Source: Candidatus Latescibacterota bacterium (GTDB lineage Bacteria > Latescibacterota > UBA2968 > UBA8231). Taken from it: a stretch of DNA of 64,000 nt. The position numbers were made by a program, and so were the translations under genes. Position 1 is the stretch's first letter. Each line of letters starts with the position of its first letter. Positions 56,324 to 64,000 of this stretch are shown here, piece by piece. The stretch lies in NCBI GenBank assembly GCA_965217585.1, contig OZ244561.1, forward strand, positions 2,464,001 through 2,528,000. Reading direction: 5' to 3'. The notes under the pieces were generated by a model. That model was given only the letters and a program-made list of their open reading frames with translations, ran no database searches and was not told where the DNA came from.

Positions 56324-57142
56324 ATGAATTCATTATTTCGCCGCCAAGCCCCCTCCGCAGCCGACTTGGACTCCTTCCACCAAGACGGCTATATCTTCTA
56401 CCCGGACGTACTCAAGGACGAGGCCCGGCGCAGCCTAACCAACGAAATCCTCGGCCTCGACTCGGTCCGCCACTACCTCGACGCCTTGGACGAAAAACCC
56501 GCCGCGGCCCAGTCCTACTTCGTCCGCCCTTGGAACGACCGCGGCCCGTGCGGCGACCGCCTCATCGATGATCCCTTCGTCACCGCACTGCTGCAAGCCA
56601 CCATCGGCCCAAGCTACCACTTCTGCCACTCCGCCCTCAACCTCGCCCCGCGCGGCATAGGCCCCATTCCCTACCACCAAGATCACCACCACTGGAAACA
56701 CGAAAACCCCATCAACTTCGCCGAGCGCGACAAGTATTACATCCAAATTCTCTACTATCCCAATGGCTTTACACTCGGCGACCGCAACCTCAAGGTCATT
56801 CCCGGCAGCCACCTAGTCGCCCCGACCCCAGAGGCCACGCCTGAACGCATGCTGGCCGGGGCATACGACGCAGAGGCCGGGCGCGAGCTAAAAGAGATGC
56901 GGCTCTCAGTGCCTCCGGGCAGCATGGTCTATATCAACGCTCGGATCTTCCACGCCGTCGAGGCCAAACCCACCGACTCCCCCCAACCCTATCGCATCTT
57001 CAACATCGACATCTTCAAAGAAGCTGGGCCGCCGCATCGCTATACTCAGGAGATTACGCCCGAGTGGATTGCACGCGCCAGTCCCACACGCAAAAGACTC
57101 TTTCTCCGCGAGCCTTATACAGAAGGATGCTGGGCGGCCTGA
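56324..57142 (+). CDS. PhyH-family dioxygenase
   Basis: FHQDGY, YHQD, LKVIPGSH, PPGSMVYINARIFHAV. Confidence 0.88.
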   Translation: MNSLFRRQAPSAADLDSFHQDGYIFYPDVLKDEARRSLTNEILGLDSVRHYLDALDEKPAAAQSYFVRPWNDRGPCGDRLIDDPFVTALLQATIGPSYHFCHSALNLAPRGIGPIPYHQDHHHWKHENPINFAERDKYYIQILYYPNGFTLGDRNLKVIPGSHLVAPTPEATPERMLAGAYDAEAGRELKEMRLSVPPGSMVYINARIFHAVEAKPTDSPQPYRIFNIDIFKEAGPPHRYTQEITPEWIARASPTRKRLFLREPYTEGCWAA

Positions 57143-57252
57143 GCTGGCGTTTTTCGGATACGCATGGCAACATTCTACTCAAGAGTTAATACCACCTTCC
57201 ACTGTCTGCCGCACACAGGAGCAAGTGCCGTCTTCGCTATAGGAGCTTTACC

Positions 57253-58428
57253 ATGAGAGTAGCCGCCATCGCCACCATCTACTATCCCAAGTCGCATGCC
57301 GACGTCATTGCCACCAAGTTTATGAAGGGCATGTCCACGGACGAGGGCCTGATGTCCCCGGAAGTGGACCTAGTATCCCTGTACATCGACCATGTGCTGG
57401 AAAACGATATCGGCGTGGGCTTGGCCCAAGAGTACGGGGTACCCATCTATCCCAGCATCCGCCGCGCCCTGCACGCTGGTGCCGACCAGCTCAATGTAGA
57501 TGCGGTGTTGCTCATCGGTGAACACGGCGACTACCCCTGGAACGAGCGGGGCCGCCACATGTACCCGCGCCGCTATTTCTTCGAGCAAATCGCTGGCGTC
57601 TTTGCCGAGAGTGGCCGCTCGGTGCCCGTATTTTCAGACAAGCATTTCGCGTATGACTTTAGGGACGCCCGGTGGATGTGGGACCGGGCTGAAGAACTGG
57701 CCATCCCGCTGATGGCTGGGTCGTCGCTGCCCTTGGCTTGGCGCTCCCCCTGGCTGGAGCATCCCAAGGAGACGCCCATTGACGAAGCTCTATCCATCGG
57801 CTACGGTGGCATCGAGGCATACGGGTACCACGCTTTAGAGACTTTGCAGTGTATGGTTGAACGGCGGAGCGGTGGCGAGCAGGGGGTGGTGTGGGTGCAG
57901 TGCCTCGAAGGGGACGATGTGTGGCGCGCCCGCGACGAGGGGCTGTGGTCCGGGGAGCTGGCCGAGGCCGCTTGCGCCGCCATTGCCAAAAAGCCGGATG
58001 GGCCCATGGAGGAACATACCAAAGAGCCAGCCGTCTTCCGCATGGAACACCGCGACGGCTTGCGCACGGCGACATTGATGCTCAACGGCTACGTCAGCGA
58101 CTTCGCCTATGCCGCACGAATAGGAGGACAGGTGCAGGCCACGGAGTTCTACTTGCAGAACGGGGGGCCGTTTGCCCACTTCGGCTATCTATGCCGCAAC
58201 ATCCAGCAGTTTTTCAAAACGGGCCAAGCCCCGTATCCGCCCGAGCGCACCCTGTTGACGACCGGGGTTATCGACGCGGCGATGAATTCGCGCTACGAAG
58301 GGCACCGACGAGTCGAGACGCCTTACCTAAACATCGCGTACCAGTCTTACGACCAGATGCCGCAGCGGCCACAGGGGCCACGCCCCAGCGGTGCCTGCAT
58401 TGATCCGCAGTCGCCCGACATTCTGTAA
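57253..58428 (+). CDS. Conserved hypothetical protein, Gfo/Idh/MocA-oxidoreductase-like
   Basis: SHADVI, VDAVLLIGEHGDYP, VFSDKH, LMAGSSLP, YGYHALE, PYPPERTLLTTG. Confidence 0.65.
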   Translation: MRVAAIATIYYPKSHADVIATKFMKGMSTDEGLMSPEVDLVSLYIDHVLENDIGVGLAQEYGVPIYPSIRRALHAGADQLNVDAVLLIGEHGDYPWNERGRHMYPRRYFFEQIAGVFAESGRSVPVFSDKHFAYDFRDARWMWDRAEELAIPLMAGSSLPLAWRSPWLEHPKETPIDEALSIGYGGIEAYGYHALETLQCMVERRSGGEQGVVWVQCLEGDDVWRARDEGLWSGELAEAACAAIAKKPDGPMEEHTKEPAVFRMEHRDGLRTATLMLNGYVSDFAYAARIGGQVQATEFYLQNGGPFAHFGYLCRNIQQFFKTGQAPYPPERTLLTTGVIDAAMNSRYEGHRRVETPYLNIAYQSYDQMPQRPQGPRPSGACIDPQSPDIL

Positions 58429-58431
58429 GAC

Positions 58432-58863
58432 TTAGTGTGCGCCGCGCCGGAAGAAGGCGTCGAGAGAGTAGCGCCCCGCGCCTGTTAGAAACAGCGTGGC
58501 AAAGGGGAAAAAGTACAACAGGGCGAATTCCTTTTTCGCCCAGGGGTCGTCCCCGTGTATGATAAGCACGGCCACTAGCATAGTGACCATGAGTGGCACG
58601 ACAGCCCAGCGAGTGGCGAATCCCAAAATCACCGCTAGGGCGCAAAACGCTTCGGCACCCGTGGCCAAGGCCATGCTCAGCGATGAGCCGATGCCCAAGG
58701 GATCGGGGAACGAGGAGGAACGCTCCGCAAAACTGGTCAATTTACCCCAGCCGTGGCCGAGCAACATCATACCGCCGACGGACACCCTCAACAGCAGCAG
58801 CCCCAGTGAATAGCCAATACCGGCCGAGGGGGCCGGGCCGCACAACAGTCTTCTTAGAATCAT
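58432..58863 (-). CDS. DoxX family membrane protein
   Basis: LLLLRV..HGWGK, FPDPLGIG, GAGRYSLD. Confidence 0.9.
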   Translation of the reverse strand: MILRRLLCGPAPSAGIGYSLGLLLLRVSVGGMMLLGHGWGKLTSFAERSSSFPDPLGIGSSLSMALATGAEAFCALAVILGFATRWAVVPLMVTMLVAVLIIHGDDPWAKKEFALLYFFPFATLFLTGAGRYSLDAFFRRGAH

Positions 58864-58887
58864 ATTCTCTCCTTGGGTCAGCCGACT

Positions 58888-59202
58888 TCAGTCCTTCAAT
58901 TCGACGACAATATTCCGCCACGGCCCTTCGCCGACGTTAAACGCCTCGTGAACTGCCTCCCCTTCGACCGCGTTGAACCGCACCTCCCCATCCTGCATAT
59001 CCCTAGCCTCCCCGCGATCTCCCTCTGCATCGGCCGCCTGCAACCGGCCGTCGCCAATAACTACATATAGGTAGTCGTGCTCGTGCCGGTGCACTCCCGT
59101 GCTCTCGCCCGGTGCCAACCGCAGATCCCAAACCCGCACCCGCTCATTCTCAAAAAGCAACTGCGTTCCCACCTCTGGCGAAACGGTTTCGTTTGTTTTC
59201 AT
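58888..59202 (-). CDS. Small cupin-domain protein
   Basis: LLFENERVRVWDLRLAPGE..HRHEHDY, HEAFNVG. Confidence 0.88.
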   Translation of the reverse strand: MKTNETVSPEVGTQLLFENERVRVWDLRLAPGESTGVHRHEHDYLYVVIGDGRLQAADAEGDRGEARDMQDGEVRFNAVEGEAVHEAFNVGEGPWRNIVVELKD

Positions 59203-59408
59203 AATCCTCCTCCTTTTGCGCCCAAGATATACTTAGGGGTACCCACTCACAACCCCACTTGCGCTTGCCAAGGCCGCCGCTGCGATAAGCAATAAAGATA
59301 CAATAGACGCTATTCGCGGGACGAGCTACGCTTGTCCCGCCCACCGCCCTTGAGATAAGGAGCAAATTGCGTTTTATTTCGGAACCGCTATGCCAGGAGA
59401 ATGACGCC

Positions 59409-60269
59409 ATGACTAACCAGATTGACTACGCTTTCAAGGCCGTGCCGACCCACGACGAACTGCGCGAAATGGACCGCGACTTGCGCTTCTATCCTTGCAC
59501 GGTCGATGACCCCACCACCCTCACTACCGAACAGACCGCCGCTTTTAACCAAGGCGGCTACCTCAAGGGCCTGCGAATTTTCGACGACGCCGAGATCGCC
59601 GAGCACCGGGATTTCTTCGACGAGCAACTGAGAAAGGTTATGGCCGCCGGCTATGGCAGCTTCACCCTCAGCTCGGCGCATCTCAAATTCGCCAAGGTCT
59701 ATGACCTCATGCACCATCCCAAGATCCTCGCCTACGTCCACGATCTCCTCGGCCCCGAACTGATCGGCTTGGCGTCACACTACTTTTGCAAGATGCCCAA
59801 GGACGGCACAACCGTCTCCTGGCACCAGGACGCCAGCTACTGGCCGCTGACTCCCTCCAAGACGGCGACCGTCTGGCTGGCCGTTGACGACGCCGATATC
59901 GACAATGGCTGTATGCGCTTCGTCGCTGGCTCACACCTCTACGGCCAGCTCGAATTCCGCCCGAGTGACGCTTCGGAAAATAACGTCCTCAATCAGACGG
60001 TGGAAGAGGTTGAGCGCTACGGCGAGATCGTCGATGTCGAGCTCCAGGCCGGCGAGGTCTCGATTCACTCCGACCTGCTTTTGCACAGCTCGCACTACAA
60101 CGAATCGGACCGCCGGCGCTGCGGGCTAACCTTGCGCTACTGCACCCCCGATGTGCGTGCGATCCCCGGCTACTCTTGGGAGAAGGAGGGCGTGCTGATC
60201 AACGCCGCCGACCCGGCTGGCCATTGGGGCAACCCGGCCCGACCCGAGCGCGACTACGAGGTGGCCTGA
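59409..60269 (+). CDS. PhyH-family dioxygenase
   Basis: FCKMP..VSWHQDASYWP, NGCMRFVAGSH, HSDLLLHSS, RRCGLTLRY. Confidence 0.92.
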   Translation: MTNQIDYAFKAVPTHDELREMDRDLRFYPCTVDDPTTLTTEQTAAFNQGGYLKGLRIFDDAEIAEHRDFFDEQLRKVMAAGYGSFTLSSAHLKFAKVYDLMHHPKILAYVHDLLGPELIGLASHYFCKMPKDGTTVSWHQDASYWPLTPSKTATVWLAVDDADIDNGCMRFVAGSHLYGQLEFRPSDASENNVLNQTVEEVERYGEIVDVELQAGEVSIHSDLLLHSSHYNESDRRRCGLTLRYCTPDVRAIPGYSWEKEGVLINAADPAGHWGNPARPERDYEVA

Positions 60270-60398
60270 GTCGCCTAGCGCGGCTCTACGGGCTTCACCG
60301 CGCCTGTCCTGCTTAGCAGGCGTAAAAATCAACCGCAAGCTAGGTCCGCTGCCCCGTGCATCTGACGGGTCTGGTCCTTGCTACAAATAGAGATGCCG

Positions 60399-61877
60399 AT
60401 GGCAAACGACAGACCGCACGTCCTCCTGATTAGCACCGACCATTGGCCCGCTGCCCTTTTGGGCGAAGCCAACCATTCCGCTATCCTCACCCCCACTCTC
60501 GACTCCTTAGCCCGCAGCGGCACCCGCTTCGTCAACGCCTATAGCGAGTGCCCAGTCTGCATTCCCGCTCGCCGCACCCTGATGACGGGCACTTCGCCGC
60601 GCACCCACGGCGACCGGGTCTTCAAAACAACCGACCCCATGCCCGACCTGCCGACCGTGGCGCAGACCTTTCGCAACGCTGGCTACCAAGCGTATGCCGT
60701 TGGCAAGCTCCACGTCTATCCCCAGCGCGACCGCATTGGCTTCGACGACGTGCTGCTCGACGAAGAGGGCCGACCGCACTTGGGGGCTGTTGACGACTAC
60801 GATCTCTTTCTCGCGGACCAAGGTCATGCGGGCATGGGCTTTGCCCACGGCATGAGCAACAACGAATATTCCTTCCGCCCTTGGCACTTGCCCGAGGACT
60901 GCCACCCCACCACTTGGGCGGCGCGCCAGATGAGCCGGATGATTAAGCGGCGCAACCCGGCCAAGCCCGGCTTTTGGTACCTTTCCTTTCGCCATCCGCA
61001 CCCGCCGTTGGTGCCCCTGCAGAGCTATCTCGACCTCTATCGCGACATCGACATCGACGCGCCGCACTACGGCGCTTGGGCACGCGACTTCGATGATCTG
61101 CCCTATGCGCTCAAAGTCATTCAGGGTGCCAACGCCCACCTCAAGGGGCCGGAGGTTCTGCGCATTCGCCGCGCCTTCTACGCGCTTTGCACCCAGATTG
61201 ACCACCAACTCCGCGTAGTCATCGGCACCCTGCGCGAGGAGGGGTTGCTCGACAATACCATTATTTGTTTCACGGCTGACCACGGCGATATGCTCGGCAA
61301 CCACGGGCTGTGGGCTAAGCGGCTCTACTACGAGCAGTCGGCTAACGTGCCGATGATTTTGCTCGGAGGCCGGGACGGGCGAGTGCCGCATCATACTATA
61401 GATGATCGTCTCGTCGGCTGGCAGGACGTCATGCCGACCTTGCTCGACTTGGCGGGCATCGACATCCCCGACACAGTCGAGGGGTTATCGATGGTCGGCG
61501 AGAAACGGCGCACTTATCTCTATGGCGAATGCGGCGAAGGGCTGAATGCCTCTCGCATGATCCGCGCAGGGCAACACAAGCTGATCTACTATCCAGTGGG
61601 CAACCGCGTCCAACTCTTCGACCTCGAAAGCGATCCCAGCGAGCTGAATGACCTAGCTGGCTCACCCGATCACGCCGCACTACAGGCCCAGCTCAGCGAG
61701 CGACTCGTCGGCGAACTCTACGGCGGTGACGAAGCCTGGGTCCAAGACGATCAACTCGTCGGCCTGCCCGACCAGCAATGGTCACCCCGTCCCAACCGCA
61801 ACCTCTCCGGTCAACGCGGTCTGCACTATCCTGCGCCGCCCCAGATCGGTGGAGACCAAGTCGTGGGTGCGCCGTGA
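60399..61877 (+). CDS. Formylglycine-dependent (Cys-type) sulfatase
   Basis: PVCIPARRTLMTG, VGKLH, PHPP, ADHGDMLG. Confidence 0.93.
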   Translation: MANDRPHVLLISTDHWPAALLGEANHSAILTPTLDSLARSGTRFVNAYSECPVCIPARRTLMTGTSPRTHGDRVFKTTDPMPDLPTVAQTFRNAGYQAYAVGKLHVYPQRDRIGFDDVLLDEEGRPHLGAVDDYDLFLADQGHAGMGFAHGMSNNEYSFRPWHLPEDCHPTTWAARQMSRMIKRRNPAKPGFWYLSFRHPHPPLVPLQSYLDLYRDIDIDAPHYGAWARDFDDLPYALKVIQGANAHLKGPEVLRIRRAFYALCTQIDHQLRVVIGTLREEGLLDNTIICFTADHGDMLGNHGLWAKRLYYEQSANVPMILLGGRDGRVPHHTIDDRLVGWQDVMPTLLDLAGIDIPDTVEGLSMVGEKRRTYLYGECGEGLNASRMIRAGQHKLIYYPVGNRVQLFDLESDPSELNDLAGSPDHAALQAQLSERLVGELYGGDEAWVQDDQLVGLPDQQWSPRPNRNLSGQRGLHYPAPPQIGGDQVVGAP

Positions 61878-63319
61878 AATCGCCCAACTTTCTGTTCATC
61901 TTATCCGACCAGCACCATCGGCTCGCTAGCGGCTGCTACGGCCATCCGCTGGTGCAGACGCCCCATCTGGACTCCTTAGCCGCGCGCGGCACCCGCTTCC
62001 AGAACGCCTACACCAACTGCCCGGTCTGCGTCCCCGCCCGCGCGTCACTGGCCACTGGCCGCTACGTGCACCAGATCGGCTACTGGGACAACGGGCATCC
62101 CTATGATGGCACGCCCGTCTCCTATCACCAGCGCCTGCGCGACCAAGACCTCTGCTGCGACTCGATCGGCAAGTTGCACTTCAAGGGGCAAGGTGCAGAC
62201 CACGGATTTAGCGAGGAGATCGAGCCGTTGCACGTAGTCGATGGCGTCGGCGATGTCCTCGGCTGCATCCGCGATCGCCCGCCCTTTCGCGACAAGCACG
62301 GCGAGCTTGGGCGCGCGGGCGCGGGCGATTCGACTTATTTGCAATACGACGCCCGCTGCACCGAACACGCCTTGCGCTGGCTCGCCGAACACCGCGACGA
62401 TGCCAAGCCTTGGGTGGTTTTCCTCAATTTCGTCTGCCCGCATCCACCTTATATCGCCCCGCCGGAAATCTACGCCCGATATCCGCTCGCAGACGTGCCG
62501 CTGCCGCCGCAGTGGACGCCTGACACGTGGCCCGACCATCCGGCGCTAGACTACTTCCGCCGCTTCTTCCACTTCGACCAAGGGCACAGCGAAGAGACGG
62601 TGCGGCGTGTTGCGGCTGCGTACTACGGCACCACGACCTATCTCGACCAGCAGATCGGCCGCGTGCTCGGCGCGCTCGACGAGTACGACCTAGCGGACTC
62701 CACCCGCGTGCTCTATACCTCCGACCACGGCGAGTGTTTGGGAGCCCGAGGCATCTTCGGCAAGTTCACGCTCTACGACGAGGCCGCGGCTGTGCCGATG
62801 ATTGCGGCTGGTCCCGACGTGCCGGAGGGGAAGGTGGTGCAGACGCCTGTTTCTCTGGTGGATTGTTTTCCAACCGCGCTTGAATGCGTCGGAGCTGAGT
62901 TGATCGACGAAGACCTACCCGGCCGCTCGCTGTGGCAGATCGCGCAGGAGGGCGACCAAGAGCGCACCGTCTTCAGCGAGTATCACGCGTTGGGCACCGA
63001 GCACGGCACCTATATGTTGCGCCGTAGTCGCTACAAGTACAATTACTACGTCGGTGCGCCGCCGCAGCTTTTTGACTTGGCGGAGGATCCCAACGAGCTA
63101 AACGACCTGTCCGGCATACCAGAGCACCAGGGCCTGTTGCGAGATTGCGAAAGAGAATTGTGCGCCTTGCTCGACCCGGAAGCGGTTGACGAGCAGGCCC
63201 ATGCCAGTCAACGGGCAACCATCGAAGCGGCGGGCGGGGCCGCTGCGGTGATTCAACGCGGTGCCTTCGACCACTCGCCGACGCCCGGGGAAAAGGCCGC
63301 GTTTAGGCCGCACGAGTGA
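61874..63319 (+). CDS. Formylglycine-dependent sulfatase (choline-sulfatase-like)
   Basis: SDQH, PVCVPARASLATG, IGKLH, PHPP, TSDHGE; GTGA overlap. Confidence 0.93.
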   Translation: MKSPNFLFILSDQHHRLASGCYGHPLVQTPHLDSLAARGTRFQNAYTNCPVCVPARASLATGRYVHQIGYWDNGHPYDGTPVSYHQRLRDQDLCCDSIGKLHFKGQGADHGFSEEIEPLHVVDGVGDVLGCIRDRPPFRDKHGELGRAGAGDSTYLQYDARCTEHALRWLAEHRDDAKPWVVFLNFVCPHPPYIAPPEIYARYPLADVPLPPQWTPDTWPDHPALDYFRRFFHFDQGHSEETVRRVAAAYYGTTTYLDQQIGRVLGALDEYDLADSTRVLYTSDHGECLGARGIFGKFTLYDEAAAVPMIAAGPDVPEGKVVQTPVSLVDCFPTALECVGAELIDEDLPGRSLWQIAQEGDQERTVFSEYHALGTEHGTYMLRRSRYKYNYYVGAPPQLFDLAEDPNELNDLSGIPEHQGLLRDCERELCALLDPEAVDEQAHASQRATIEAAGGAAAVIQRGAFDHSPTPGEKAAFRPHE

Positions 63320-63376
63320 TGTTGAAAAGCACTCGTTTAGCACACTGATGCGCAAGCGATGAGCAGGGGCCGGTTT

Positions 63377-63408
63377 GCCCGAATGTACTGTCGGGCTTTT
63401 CTTTTTTT
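63377..63408 (+). terminator. Rho-independent terminator
   Basis: GCCCGA-ATGTACTG-TCGGGC followed by TTTTCTTTTTTT. Confidence 0.7.
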
Positions 63409-64000
63409 ATGCCTGACACCCCAAGCGACACGGCAACCCCCAGTCACAGACTTTCGCTAGCAGCGCGCAGCCGCAGCCAGTCGCGGCTGATCGGCGTCGC
63501 CGTTAGCGGCTCGATCAATAACGCCCTCCTCACTTCCATCGTCCCTCTCTTTCTTCTTTCTCTCGGTGCTTCGCCCTTTCTCATCGGCTTAGTCGCCACC
63601 AGCGAGTACCTCCAGAAGATGGGGCGCGTCGTCGGGTTGCAGCTAATGCAGCGCACCGGGAAGGCCGGGGTCTTCTTTTGGGGCAGGCTCTGCTCGTTGC
63701 CGGCTGGGCTGGCACTAGCGCTGTTGGCGTTCTACGCCGCGGACGGGGCTTGGGCCGCTTGGATCGGCCTAGCCCTGTTTAGCGCGCGTGGTCTCATACA
63801 ACAAGCGGGCAACACCGCTTGGTGGCCCCTAGTCCAAGACAACACCTCTAGGGGTGGGGTCGGAGCCTTTCTCACGCGCATGCGCCTTCAGCAGCGCCTG
63901 CTCGAACTCGTCTTGCCCATCCTGATCGGCTGGCACCTCGGCTCTCAGCCCATGGCAGGCGACTTCGGCCCGCTCTTCGCTTTGGCGGTTTTCTCCACTT
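63409..64000 (+). CDS. MFS transporter, 5' part (runs off the window; start uncertain)
   Basis: Open frame translated by hand: ...PLFLLSLGASPFLIGLVA...AGNTAWWPLVQD...GAFL. Confidence 0.7.
   Translation, partial: MPDTPSDTATPSHRLSLAARSRSQSRLIGVAVSGSINNALLTSIVPLFLLSLGASPFLIGLVATSEYLQKMGRVVGLQLMQRTGKAGVFFWGRLCSLPAGLALALLAFYAADGAWAAWIGLALFSARGLIQQAGNTAWWPLVQDNTSRGGVGAFLTRMRLQQRLLELVLPILIGWHLGSQPMAGDFGPLFALAVFST

Noticed and set aside
59316-59340. 11-bp stem GCGGGACGAGC-TAC-GCTTGTCCCGC (and a weaker one near 56273)
   Set aside because: No U-tail and no clear second copy; probably a decayed REP-like hairpin that I cannot assign.
1-64000. Secondary-metabolite biosynthetic gene cluster
   Set aside because: No PKS, NRPS, RiPP precursor or carrier protein genes; the enzyme set looks catabolic.

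Overview
About 64 kb of GC-rich bacterial chromosome with no rRNA, tRNA, CRISPR array, transposase or integrase that I can recognise. It is dominated by catabolic genes: 15 intact PhyH-family Fe(II)/2-oxoglutarate oxygenases (two fused to HEAT repeats) plus one relic, 4 enolase-superfamily enzymes, 3 HpcH/HpaI aldolases, IlvD/Edd and UxuA-type dehydratases, 2 sulfatases, a PQQ dehydrogenase, an opine dehydrogenase and several transporters. This content plus a PorV/PorQ-like outer-membrane protein suggests an FCB-group marine or sponge-associated heterotroph such as Latescibacterota (inference only). Main observations: (1) three related PhyH genes lack the iron-binding Asp (HSG, HNG, HGN) and share a Glu four residues before the distal His, making them candidate halogenases or re-wired oxygenases; (2) a low-GC islet has a toxin-less Phd/YefM gene under a 33-bp palindrome leading an SPPY-type DNA methyltransferase, facing a short ORF that may be a nuclease remnant; (3) a Fic gene lies next to a DUF2441/ADP-ribosyltransferase-like gene; (4) CCWGG appears eroded to CCAAG/CTTGG in some genes but not others; (5) there are two 5'-end gene relics, a 122-bp MITE, an oriented 10-bp repeat family and a hairpin apparently inserted in-frame in an aminotransferase. 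All calls come from reading motifs by eye; no database searches were run.
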